A DNA stretch of 64,000 nt from Bythopirellula sp. Its GTDB lineage: Bacteria > Planctomycetota > Planctomycetia > Pirellulales > Lacipirellulaceae. The DNA lies in NCBI GenBank assembly GCA_965216565.1, contig OZ244170.1, forward strand, positions 2,528,001-2,592,000, read 5' to 3'. This document shows positions 28,776 through 38,178 of this stretch, piece after piece. The first letter of the stretch is position 1; each line of letters begins with the position of its first letter. The notes beneath the pieces were generated by a model, which made no database searches, was not told the origin of the DNA, and saw only the letters and a program-made list of their open reading frames with translations. Made by a program: the position numbers and the translations under genes.

Positions 28776-30275
28776 TTACTCTTCGCAGCTAACGGTTGCT
28801 TCCACCTCGTGGACGATCACGATGTCGTGTACGCCCTCGGCAAGCTGTGTGTTCGTGGGGCCAGCCGCCAGATGCGAACCGCCAACGATGACGATGCGGT
28901 CGCCCTCTTTCGCTAATCCCTCGTGGACCGCCCAGTTGTTGGTATGCCGAATGAGCTGCTCGACGTCGTTGGCAGGAGCATCGCGTAGCGGCGTGACGCC
29001 CCAGTAAAGGCACATTTGCCGGAGGGTCGTTTCGTTTTCACTAATGCCAATCGTTGGCACAAAACTACGTTGTTGAGATAGAGCCAACGCTGTGCGGCCG
29101 GAATGGCTAGAAACTACCACCAACTTAGCGCCCAGTTTATGGGCCATCGTTCCCGCTCCACGAACCACGGCACTAGTGACCTGATGGAGGCCATCTGCAC
29201 CTTTTGAAGGCAGTTCGCGCAACGGCTGACCGACCATGCTAGCCTCTGTGGCCATAGCGATGCGGTTCATCATCGATACCGCTTGTACCGGGTAGCGACC
29301 GATGGCGGTTTCTCCCGAGAGCATACAGGCATCCGCTCCATCGAGAATGGCATTGGCCACGTCTGTGGCTTCGGCCCGAGTAGGACGCATCGACTCGTGC
29401 ATGCTCTCCAGCATTTGCGTGGCGATGATTACCGGCTTGTGAAATTCCTGGCAGGTACGGATGATTCGCTTCTGTTCCATCGGCATCTGAGCGACGTCGA
29501 TTTCGACACCCAGATCGCCGCGGGCGACCATAATTCCGTCCGCTTCGTTGACAATTTCGTCCAGTCGCTCGAGTGCTTCGCCTTTTTCGATCTTGGCAAT
29601 CACGCGGGCACTGGATCCTTCCGAGTTGACAATATTTTTTAATGACCGCACTTCGTCAGGCGAGCGAACAAAACTGAGGCTGACAAAGTCGACGCCCGCC
29701 TTCGATGCCCAGATCGCATGTTGATGATCTTCCACACTAATAGCGGGAGCACTAAGTTTGACACCCGGGAGGTTAATCCCCTGCCGGCTGCGAATTGTCC
29801 CGCTTTGCACCACACGCATCCGCACACGATCGGCAGAAGTTTCTTCGACCTCCATCGTGACGGTGCCATCGGCCAGCATGATCCGATTGCCTACTTTCAG
29901 CTCGCGGACGAGGGGCTCGTAGCTTGTGGTAAGCTCATTGCGAGAGTTGGATTCTCCTGTGACGAAGAAGTAATCTTCATCGCGATGGCATTCGAGACAA
30001 TCTTCCTGTAGCTCGCCCAGCCGGAACTTCGGTCCCGCCAAGTCGGCCAATATTGCAATGGGTTGATTGAGTTTCTGCCCTACGCTGCGAATCCGCTCGA
30101 CGATCGGCTGCAAATCATCGGGCCCACCGTGGGCCATATTCAAGCGAAACACATCGGCTCCGGCCTCCACGAGAGCCGCCAATTGATCGAACTCCTGGCA
30201 GGAAGGTCCGACTGTCGCGATGATCTTGGTGCGCGAAATCTGATTGTGGACTTGCGCGAATTGATTCTCTGGCAT
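28776..30275 (-). CDS. pyk: Pyruvate kinase
   Basis: TKIIATVGP, FRLNMAHG, IAKIEK, MVARGDLGVE, ATQMLESM, MLSGETA; start inferred at MPENQ. Confidence 0.97.
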   Translation of the reverse strand: MPENQFAQVHNQISRTKIIATVGPSCQEFDQLAALVEAGADVFRLNMAHGGPDDLQPIVERIRSVGQKLNQPIAILADLAGPKFRLGELQEDCLECHRDEDYFFVTGESNSRNELTTSYEPLVRELKVGNRIMLADGTVTMEVEETSADRVRMRVVQSGTIRSRQGINLPGVKLSAPAISVEDHQHAIWASKAGVDFVSLSFVRSPDEVRSLKNIVNSEGSSARVIAKIEKGEALERLDEIVNEADGIMVARGDLGVEIDVAQMPMEQKRIIRTCQEFHKPVIIATQMLESMHESMRPTRAEATDVANAILDGADACMLSGETAIGRYPVQAVSMMNRIAMATEASMVGQPLRELPSKGADGLHQVTSAVVRGAGTMAHKLGAKLVVVSSHSGRTALALSQQRSFVPTIGISENETTLRQMCLYWGVTPLRDAPANDVEQLIRHTNNWAVHEGLAKEGDRIVIVGGSHLAAGPTNTQLAEGVHDIVIVHEVEATVSCEE

Positions 30276-30642
30276 GTAGGACTCTAAAAAGGAAAGAGGG
30301 TCGCCTGATTGGCCGGGCGACATTTTGGTCGACGACCCTGTCGTGGAATCGGTTGTAGATTCGGCTGTAGAAACTGATGCGGTAGACACTATTGTTATCC
30401 TGAACGTTTGTTTTGGGAATAGAAGGTTTATCCAGGGTGACCGTAGAGACTGCGATACAAGGTCTTTAAAATCTTGGAAAACCGACCGACTCTTGCCGCG
30501 GCGGCGGTGTTCAATCATACTCCTCTCCCATACACGGTTTGCGGACGGGCGGCTAAATGTTTCCAGCACCACCGCCCCGATGGACCGTCTTTCTCGCTAG
30601 AATCGTCAAGACCATCACCCTCCCCGAGTCGACCCCTCCCCT

Positions 30643-31467
30643 ATGACTGCGAGTTATTGGCAGAATAAGGTTTGTCTGGTTACAGGGGCATCGTCCGGTT
30701 TGGGGCTAGTGCTCGCCAAGACTTTGGCAAGCCGGGGAGCAACGCTGGTCATGGTTTCGCGTACCGCCGACTCTCTTAAGCAGGCTGCCAGCGAAGTTGC
30801 GATGTGCGGCGGCAAGGTTGAGTTCGAAACCGCAGACGTTACCAGCCAGGCAGATGTTGAGCGGTTGCTGACGAAGATCGACGAGCAGTTTGGGAGGCTC
30901 GATCTGCTTTGCAATTGTGCGGGGAAGTCGACACGCGGAAGTATGCTGGAAACGAGCATTGACGATTTCCAGGCTCAGCTTGATATCAATTTCCTGTCTG
31001 CCGTGCGAATGACACGGACCTTTGCCAAGCTGTTACTCAAGAGCGGCGGTCATGTGATAAACATCGGATCGTTGGCCAGCAAAGTGGCACCGCGCTTCCT
31101 GGGAGGTTATCCGGCAAGCAAGTTCGCGTTGGCCGCATATACCCAACAACTCCGTTTGGAATTGGGGCCCCAGGGTTTGCACGCGATGCTGGTGTGCCCC
31201 GGTCCCATCCAGCGCGAAGACAACGAACCTCGCTATGCGGAAGAGTCCCAGGGACTCCCGGACGAAGCTCAGCGCCCTGCGGGAGGCGCGAAATTGCAAG
31301 GGATCGACCCCGCATGGCTCGCGGAAAAGATCTTAGCGGCCTGTGAATCGCGCCGAGCTGAATTGGTGATTCCCTGGAAGGTGCGCGTTCTGCTATTACT
31401 TAGCCAAATCTCTCCTCGCCTAGGTGACTGGCTACTGCTGAAGTTCACCGGCGGGCGACAAAAGTAG
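30643..31467 (+). CDS. SDR family oxidoreductase
   Basis: TGASSGLG, NCAG, YPASK. Confidence 0.92.
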   Translation: MTASYWQNKVCLVTGASSGLGLVLAKTLASRGATLVMVSRTADSLKQAASEVAMCGGKVEFETADVTSQADVERLLTKIDEQFGRLDLLCNCAGKSTRGSMLETSIDDFQAQLDINFLSAVRMTRTFAKLLLKSGGHVINIGSLASKVAPRFLGGYPASKFALAAYTQQLRLELGPQGLHAMLVCPGPIQREDNEPRYAEESQGLPDEAQRPAGGAKLQGIDPAWLAEKILAACESRRAELVIPWKVRVLLLLSQISPRLGDWLLLKFTGGRQK

Positions 31468-31484
31468 CCATTCAAAGAAATGAA

Positions 31485-31553
31485 GACAAGATGACAAGAT
31501 TTTCAGGATGTACAGGATAAGCTTACCTGGGTTACTACTGAATCTATCCTGTC
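31485..31553. repeat. GACAGGATGAC family, copy 3 (degenerate)
   Basis: gacaagatgacaagattttcaggatgtacaggat ... atcctgtc. Confidence 0.7.
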
Positions 31554-31592
31554 TACTTTCTCTCGGTGCTACGTGGGGAAAATAGATTTCTT

Positions 31593-32615
31593 TCAAACCG
31601 TAAAGCTCAGCACCATGAACGCCAAATAGAGCCCGAGCAGTACGAAGCCAAAGCCGCGTTTCATTTCATCTTTGGAGAGAAAGATTCCTGCGCGGAAGAC
31701 GATTAGGATCAACAACATACAAGGGAACAGAACACGAAAAAAGTTGTTCGTCGCGGGCAAGCCCGTCGGTGTCACGGCGGCCGAGGCACCAGCCACGAAA
31801 AGGACATTCAAGATATCGGCACCAATCACGTTGCCCACGGCTAGATCGCCGTGCTTTTTCAGCGCTGCAGTAACAGCGGTGACCAGTTCTGGCAGCGAGG
31901 TCCCGAAGGCCACCAGGGTTGCTGCGACAATACCGCTGGGGATCCCCATTCGCGTCGCCGCCACCTTAATCGCTGGTATCAACATATGACTCGCGCCTAC
32001 GACCAGAATAACGGCCAGCAGGAGCTTGACGACAACGATGGTCATCGAGGCGTCTTTGTCTTTCTCAAATTCATCCAACGCTGCCGAACCACCATTGGTC
32101 CCAGCCCAGCGAACTGATAGCCAAAGATAAACGGCTAGCAGCACGAGAAACACAAAGCCCATCATCTGTGGCAAATGGCCACCTACTTCAAACGGATTCA
32201 CTCCCGTCGCCCAAGGCCAGCATGCAGCCACCAACAAGAAGCCGGCCCCAAATTGCAACCAACCTTGTCGATTGACGATGTCGCGGGGCAACTTCAACGG
32301 ATTGATCAAACAAGCGATGCCCAATATGAGCCCAGTGTCGCAGATGATCGAACCCACCGCGTTTCCCAGGGCGACGTCGGGATCTCCCTTGAATGCAGCC
32401 AACACAGATACGGCTGCCTCGGGAGTGGTCGTGCCCAGGCTCACGATGGTGGCCCCGATAATTACCTTCGGCAAACCGGACCGCTCGGAGAGCACCACTG
32501 CCTCGCCCACCAGCCAGTCTGCCGCTTTGCCCAAAATCGCGAGGATAATGGCAATCTCCGCAGCCAGCGCCCAACTGAGTTGCTCCGTAAAGAACTCGAA
32601 TAGTTTTTCTTCCAT
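31593..32615 (-). CDS. Calcium/sodium antiporter (CaCA, YrbG-like)
   Basis: Alpha repeats GTTTPE / GTSLPE, GNAVGS / GNVIGADILN. Confidence 0.92.
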   Translation of the reverse strand: MEEKLFEFFTEQLSWALAAEIAIILAILGKAADWLVGEAVVLSERSGLPKVIIGATIVSLGTTTPEAAVSVLAAFKGDPDVALGNAVGSIICDTGLILGIACLINPLKLPRDIVNRQGWLQFGAGFLLVAACWPWATGVNPFEVGGHLPQMMGFVFLVLLAVYLWLSVRWAGTNGGSAALDEFEKDKDASMTIVVVKLLLAVILVVGASHMLIPAIKVAATRMGIPSGIVAATLVAFGTSLPELVTAVTAALKKHGDLAVGNVIGADILNVLFVAGASAAVTPTGLPATNNFFRVLFPCMLLILIVFRAGIFLSKDEMKRGFGFVLLGLYLAFMVLSFTV

Positions 32616-32779
32616 CGGTGAGGGGCAAAAGGTCGGGGGTGAAGGGGCGGGGGCAAACCTGACTGGGCGTTAGTAGTAAAGCTGACTGCCAAGAATGTCA
32701 ATGGGCGGCGGGGCTCGAGCAGCAGGGCAAGCGAATTACAAATTTGCCTAGAGACTACGGACTGAGGTCTACGGCCAAC

Positions 32780-32827
32780 AAAAAAAGGATCCGCTTGGCC
32801 TCTGCGGGAAAGCCAAACGGATCCTTT
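32780..32827 (-). terminator. Intrinsic terminator
   Basis: Minus strand AAAGGATCCGTTTGGC-loop-GCCAAGCGGATCC followed by T7. Confidence 0.85.
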
Positions 32828-32963
32828 GGGGTCGGTTTCAAAATCTGCGGGGGACGTTTTGAAACCTCACTACTGGGAACTCCGGCAACGCCTGAGCCGT
32901 CGTCTGGTCTTCCCGTGGCGGGTTGAGGTTGCCAGACGAGCAGCGTTTGCCGGTGGAATCGTT
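32780..32963 (-). ncRNA. Candidate ~184-nt three-hairpin sRNA
   Basis: Bounded by a sigma54 promoter and a terminator; three strong stems; CCCGC in each loop region. Confidence 0.6.
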
Positions 32964-32973
32964 AGATAGTTCA

Positions 32974-32989
32974 AGCAGTTCGCGTGCCA
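32974..32989 (-). promoter_or_regulatory. Sigma54 (-24/-12) promoter
   Basis: TGGCACG-CGAA-CTGCT vs consensus TGGCACG-N4-TTGCW; invariant GG and GC at the correct spacing. Confidence 0.7.
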
Positions 32990-33109
32990 AAATCGAAACG
33001 GATTCGGAGAGAATCGGATTCGACACTTCAACAACGCAGAATTACCCAACGGATTTCGTTTAGATTGCGTTTGCAACGAGAACGTGCGCTGTTGCCATAT
33101 TTGTAACTC

Positions 33110-33568
33110 TTACACGTCGGCTTGCTTCGAATCGAGATTTCGCAACACACTTGCTAGCATTGCCAGGAAGACGGGGCCCGTTTTCTGAAACTCGCGGTCC
33201 TCGGCCTGACAGAGCAGTAAGTAGGACGCTTCTGCAGTTCGAAAGCCACGCAACCAGCAGGTATTGGTGAAGTCGAGGCAGTAGAAGCTGACGTTGAAGC
33301 CTTCGATATCGGTCTGCTCCAACGTTTCCCGCATCGGCTCGGCTTCGATCTCATCGTAGAGCGATCTCAGCGTACTGAGAGCTTCGTCGAACAAGTCTTC
33401 CAGCTCAACCTCCTGTGGATGCTTGCTAAGCTGCCAGAAGGCCGTCTCTGGGCTGGAAACAATGACCTGTCCGGTGGAGGTCTTGCCGACCTCAGCAGAA
33501 TCTTCTTCCAGTTTCCAGTTTTCAGGATATTCAAACCGAATATCGAGTCGATCAAAAACGGCGGGCAT
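33110..33568 (-). CDS. Hypothetical protein (possible DcrB/PsbP-like fold)
   Basis: 152-aa ORF, FEYPENWKLEE N-terminus, acidic. Confidence 0.75.
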   Translation of the reverse strand: MPAVFDRLDIRFEYPENWKLEEDSAEVGKTSTGQVIVSSPETAFWQLSKHPQEVELEDLFDEALSTLRSLYDEIEAEPMRETLEQTDIEGFNVSFYCLDFTNTCWLRGFRTAEASYLLLCQAEDREFQKTGPVFLAMLASVLRNLDSKQADV

Positions 33569-33673
33569 GCTTCGATTACCTACGTATCAAGTATTGTTCT
33601 AGCTAGCACTATTTTATCAAACTCGGGCTGTACTGCCCATAGGTCAGCGCGATGCCGTTGCACCGGAGGAAAG

Positions 33674-34645
33674 GTGCTTGCTACTCTCCTGAGCCTATTC
33701 CGACCGTTCCTAGGTGACTTAGTGAAAAAGTGCTTTCTCAAACCTGATCAGCAACTACGTTCCGCAGTCGTTGTGCTGCTGCTAATCGCCGGGGTTGGTT
33801 GTGCCTCGATGCGCAAGCAAAAAGTGGTTCCGGAATCGATCACCGCTTGCCGAGAGATGTCGCGGCAAGGCGTGGCCGCAATGGAAGTTGGTCAATGGGA
33901 TCAGGCTCGCGAAATTCTGGAAAGCGCTGTTACTACGAGCCCCACCGACATCGACGCGCGACGTCACCTAGCTGAAGTGCTCTGGCAAACAGGCAACCAT
34001 CGCGATGCGGTGGTTCATATGGAGGCAGCGGTTCGGCTTGATCCGCGACACGCTCCAACGGTTGTGCGATCTGGCGAAATGTTGTTGGCCAGTGGTGCCA
34101 CCGACCGTGCGCTGCAGCGGGCCGAAGAATCGATCGTCCTCGATAGCCGACTAGCCGGCGCTTGGGCCCTGCGGGGAAGGATTTATCGTCAGCAAGGAGA
34201 ACCCTCTCGCGCCCTTGCCGATTTGCAACAAGCGTTGCGCTACAATCCCCATGCAACCGACGTGTTGCTGGCCATGGCGGAAATTCATTTTGAAATGGAC
34301 CATCCGCAACGCTGTTTGACCACCGTCCATCACTTACTCGACGTCTACGCACCAGGAGAGGAGCCCCAGCAAGCACTGTGGCTAGAGGGCTTGGCTTACC
34401 AGTCGCTAGACCGACCTCACGAAGCTGCCGAGAGTTTATACGCGGCCAGCTTGCGGGGGCCACCTCATGCTGAATTGCTCTATCGGTTGGCAGTGGCCGA
34501 ACAAGCCGCTGGTCGGACAGATTCGGCAGCTGATACTGTGGATCAGGCCCTGGCACTCGATTCGGGACATCAGCCAAGCTTGAACTTGCAGTCAAGTTTG
34601 AGGGTTGCCCGTGCAGGTCAATCCGATGGCGTTTTGCTGCGTTAG
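33674..34645 (+). CDS. TPR-repeat lipoprotein
   Basis: GGAGGA RBS plus GTG, lipobox-like AGVGC, multiple TPR helices (AWALRGRIY..ALADLQQAL). Confidence 0.85.
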   Translation: MLATLLSLFRPFLGDLVKKCFLKPDQQLRSAVVVLLLIAGVGCASMRKQKVVPESITACREMSRQGVAAMEVGQWDQAREILESAVTTSPTDIDARRHLAEVLWQTGNHRDAVVHMEAAVRLDPRHAPTVVRSGEMLLASGATDRALQRAEESIVLDSRLAGAWALRGRIYRQQGEPSRALADLQQALRYNPHATDVLLAMAEIHFEMDHPQRCLTTVHHLLDVYAPGEEPQQALWLEGLAYQSLDRPHEAAESLYAASLRGPPHAELLYRLAVAEQAAGRTDSAADTVDQALALDSGHQPSLNLQSSLRVARAGQSDGVLLR

Positions 34646-34674
34646 ATGCCCACTCGGTAAACCTTGTCCAGGTT

Positions 34675-34735
34675 GTAGCTGGATTCGCAAGAATTCAGTC
34701 CATCTCGGAGCCTGAATTCTTGCGAATTCAGCTAC
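34675..34735. repeat. GTAG-type REP doublet, copy 2
   Basis: Same 24-bp arms, 13-nt spacer. Confidence 0.9.
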
Positions 34736-34940
34736 ACGGAGTGCGATTGCTCATGCTCCGCCCCGCTATTCCACGGATCATTTCAGTACAACCGGTACAA
34801 CCGGCACCCTCATACCCACCTTGGGGGAATTCTCTCTCCTGACGATCAGTCGTAAGGTATGTTTCTGTGGTGCAGTTCATACGGCACCTCCACTCTCAAT
34901 CTCGAGCTTTGACTCTCAAGATCCCGCCTAGGAGCCTACC

Positions 34941-35177
34941 ATGACGCCAATTATCTCGCCTGAAGCACCTTCTTTTGTTGATCGTCGGAAAAGCAATGGT
35001 TCGGCTACCGGGGTCGTGGGTGAACGTCGACAATTCACCAACAGTCACGAAGAGCTCTCCTCAGAGGCAGCGGAATTGGCCCGTGCCATCGATCAGTACA
35101 AGCTGACGCATCGCCGCCGATTCATCAACTTCGAAGAAATGCTATCGATCGTCAAAACGCTGGGTTACAGCAAGTAG
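34941..35177 (+). CDS. Small hypothetical protein (DRR/ERR motifs plus helical domain)
   Basis: AGGAG RBS; FVDRRK..GERRQF..ELARAIDQYK..RRF..LGY. Confidence 0.8.
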   Translation: MTPIISPEAPSFVDRRKSNGSATGVVGERRQFTNSHEELSSEAAELARAIDQYKLTHRRRFINFEEMLSIVKTLGYSK

Positions 35178-35251
35178 CGAACGCTCGCGGAGTGAGTTCC
35201 TCATTGAGGCAAGAGCCGTAGAGAACAGTATTCTTGCGTCTATCGTAGGCC

Positions 35252-35788
35252 TCATTGCTCTAAAGTGCTTTGAACTTTCTCTTTCCAAAGAAAGATCGCT
35301 CCCAAGCACAAGGTCGAGAGCACTCCGAACGTTAGTAGTTCTATTACCCAAACTTGAAAGTTGTGGGTGCTCCAGAGCGGATCGAGCTGCATATGGGCGA
35401 GCCACGGGAGAGGCAGTGCAACACGCGCATCAGAAAACGGCTGAAACGCAGCCAGCCCTTTGCCATGTTTGTAGAGGGTATCTAAGAAATAGTGCGAATA
35501 CATCGCCATCGTTCCTGCAATCAAGAACGGCCAGTTGCCCGCGAAGGTTTGTCTGAGAATGGTGAACCGCGCCACCAGGCTGTAACAGACGACAATTACT
35601 AAGCCAGAAAACACACTGTGGCTGATGTCGTATCGGGTATGCCCCCAGAAAGGGAATGGCAAGTCAGGAATATTCGCAGCCACAATCATCGCACAGAGAA
35701 TCTTGCCACGCTCGGCAGAGGTTTGATTGCTCCGCCACAACGTCACTGCAATGGTGGCACCGACTATGCTATGACCTACAGGCGACAT
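35252..35788 (-). CDS. Membrane-bound metal-dependent hydrolase (YdjM-like)
   Basis: MSPVGH, ANIPDL, ISHS, YSHYFLD. Confidence 0.8.
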   Translation of the reverse strand: MSPVGHSIVGATIAVTLWRSNQTSAERGKILCAMIVAANIPDLPFPFWGHTRYDISHSVFSGLVIVVCYSLVARFTILRQTFAGNWPFLIAGTMAMYSHYFLDTLYKHGKGLAAFQPFSDARVALPLPWLAHMQLDPLWSTHNFQVWVIELLTFGVLSTLCLGAIFLWKEKVQSTLEQ

Positions 35789-35906
35789 GTTGGGATGAGT
35801 CTCTAGCTGTCTGCGAAACGAGAACAATTCAGTCTACCTGGGCTAAGACGACTTGGCCCGAAACAAAGTTCCTTTGCAAACTGCCGTAGCTAACTACAAT
35901 CCCAGC

Positions 35907-36365
35907 ATGCCAATATTTGACTATTCCTTTGAAGTAGACGCCCCGGTCTCGGACGTGCGTGAGTTCCACAAAGATACGCGTGCGCTGAAACTGCTGACGC
36001 CGCCACCGACTATTGTGCAGATGCACAGCATCGAGCCCCTGGGCGAAGGCTCTGTATCTCGCTTTACGCTTTGGGTGGGCCCATTGCCACTACGCTGGGA
36101 AGCGGTTCATCGTGATGTTTCCGAACACGGATTTACTGATGTGCAGCGCTCAGGCCCTGCCGCCAAATGGGAGCATACGCACTCGTTCGTACCAATCGCA
36201 GAGAGTCGAACCCAAGTACGCGAGCATGTTGAATACGAACACAAATCGGGCCTCTGGGGGCTCGTCACTCGACTGCTGTTTGCGAAACCGAATCTCTACC
36301 TGATGTTCACGTACCGAAAGCTGGTGACGCGACGCCATTTACGCTCCACAGCTCAAGCAAGTTAG
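35907..36365 (+). CDS. SRPBCC family protein
   Basis: LKLLTPP, WEAVH, FTDVQRSGP..WEHTHSF, MFTYR. Confidence 0.88.
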   Translation: MPIFDYSFEVDAPVSDVREFHKDTRALKLLTPPPTIVQMHSIEPLGEGSVSRFTLWVGPLPLRWEAVHRDVSEHGFTDVQRSGPAAKWEHTHSFVPIAESRTQVREHVEYEHKSGLWGLVTRLLFAKPNLYLMFTYRKLVTRRHLRSTAQAS

Positions 36366-36508
36366 CCCTGTTTGGCGAATAAGGATTGATCTCTCCACTA
36401 GCCGGACCGCCACGCGGTCCGCCGAATTTCGGAGGCAAGCGTGCCTCCGGCTATCGGAAAAGCCAGATTGTTTTCTTAATCGATGTGCCCATCGAGCAAC
36501 TGTGGGGA

Positions 36509-37930
36509 CTAGAATCGTCCTTCAAGATTGAAACTGATCCCATGCGCCCAATAGCTGGTTGAATTGTTGGGGAACGCCGGGAGTGCTGCTCCTACGAGGG
36601 TCCCGGGGGGAATCTGCGTAGGATTGACATTGCGGTCGATCTGCTCTGCGGCCCGCATCACATGGCTCCAAAGCAGAATGTTGTAGCCGAACGTGAACGA
36701 AATCTGATCGGTGATCCTTCGATTGAGCGTAACGCCAAATTCAGAGACGGTGTTGAACTCGGTTTCACGATAGACACCCCGATTGCTATCTTGAACTAGC
36801 AATCCGACTGAACTGGTGTTGATACTGGCACCATCGTCGGTCGTCGTGCGACCGGCAATTTGCGTTTCGGAAAGGCTGCCACCAAGGGCGATCTTGGCGC
36901 TGAGCACACAGCTCCAGATGTGATCCATTTGCTGTTGAAGCTCGAAGCCAATCTCTCCCCCATGAAAAGTATTTCTCGTATCGAACGAGTCAGACAAGTC
37001 TACAACGGTTCCCAAATCTGCATCCTGCAAAGAAGTGGAAGAATGGTTGATATTGACCGACTCTCCCAAATAGGCGAACCGATAGCCCAGCAAATAGTCG
37101 ATGCGGCATCCGGGTGTTCGTTTTAGCAGCCGCCGATAGGCCAGCACGGAAGAATGCAGTTCGGTGACAGCCCGCAGATGCAGCGAACCGTCTGATATGC
37201 CAGGGGCCGCGATGAGTCTGGCATCTTCCGCAGCCGTATCTACGTTGAAAAATGGCCTCGCTAGAACGGGATAATCGTCCTGCGCTCCGAAGAAGCTCTC
37301 TTCCTTCTCTCCCAAAAAGAAATAAGTCATCTGCACTGCTGAACTTTGGTTTGAGTCGAGCCACATGCCCGTATCGAACTTCCCGCCACCGCGCGCTTCG
37401 CCATTGATGCTCGACCCGCCAAAGATGGCTGTCGTGTTCGCGTTGCCAAGTTCGCCTATCCCGTTGGGATCGCTGCTTGTGGTTGCCAACACAGGAAGAT
37501 CAGACGACTTGGCCCACCACAATAGGTAACCCGCATTGAACCAACCACGCGATTGCCGGCATGGGGTGCAGTCGAGGCACCCTGTTCCACAACAGAGATC
37601 ATCATGGCAATAGTTGGCATTCACTTGCTCATCGTACACGTCCTGGAAGCTCAGTCTGTCCTCGGGATCAGGCTCATCGTAGAACCTTTCACTTTCGCCA
37701 GACTCTTGCGCCACTTCGGTTGTAAGGGCGTCGAATAGATCGTCCTCGGCAAGATCGTTCTCGGCTAGATCGTCCTCGACTGGCGCTTCGCTCGACTTGC
37801 TTGAGCTTTGTCCGTAACCAGCAGGCATAGCGCCATCGCAAACGAGTAGAGCAGCGAGGCAAAGCCCCGTGGTGAGGTACTGTGCTAGATTGCGTTTGGG
37901 GAAGTTACGCGATTTGATCGATGAGTACAT
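36509..37930 (-). CDS. BBP7-type outer-membrane beta-barrel protein
   Basis: YLLWWAK..LPVLATTS, LARPFFNV, NTFHGGEIG, GYNILLWS, C-terminal Phe. Confidence 0.8.
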   Translation of the reverse strand: MYSSIKSRNFPKRNLAQYLTTGLCLAALLVCDGAMPAGYGQSSSKSSEAPVEDDLAENDLAEDDLFDALTTEVAQESGESERFYDEPDPEDRLSFQDVYDEQVNANYCHDDLCCGTGCLDCTPCRQSRGWFNAGYLLWWAKSSDLPVLATTSSDPNGIGELGNANTTAIFGGSSINGEARGGGKFDTGMWLDSNQSSAVQMTYFFLGEKEESFFGAQDDYPVLARPFFNVDTAAEDARLIAAPGISDGSLHLRAVTELHSSVLAYRRLLKRTPGCRIDYLLGYRFAYLGESVNINHSSTSLQDADLGTVVDLSDSFDTRNTFHGGEIGFELQQQMDHIWSCVLSAKIALGGSLSETQIAGRTTTDDGASINTSSVGLLVQDSNRGVYRETEFNTVSEFGVTLNRRITDQISFTFGYNILLWSHVMRAAEQIDRNVNPTQIPPGTLVGAALPAFPNNSTSYWAHGISFNLEGRF

Positions 37931-38178
37931 ATTCTCAGCCCAGAGTACGTGAATAGAGCCTCTGAGACATTTATCGTGAGAGTTGCCTACCGAGCGTTAA
38001 ACTTTGTGTAATCGGAAAGGCTTCACAATGATTGCACGTACCCAGTAGAGAGAGCAAAGCTCGAAAACCCTGCGTTTTCAGAGAAAAATGGTAACCACAT
38101 TTGAAACTAAGTGGCTAGCAATGCTGGCAGTGTCTGCCTGAATGTTGCTTGCACAGTACCAATCGAGTCCCGCCAATC

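Noticed and set aside
32780..32963. Identification as 6S RNA, SRP RNA or a known cation riboswitch
   Set aside because: Length resembles 6S, but the fold is three separate hairpins; no SRP domain IV motif; no riboswitch consensus I can recognise
32838..33026. 62-aa ORF overlapping the candidate sRNA
   Set aside because: GTG start without a clear RBS, lying upstream of the sigma54 promoter; the strong stems are better explained as RNA structure. Not fully excluded
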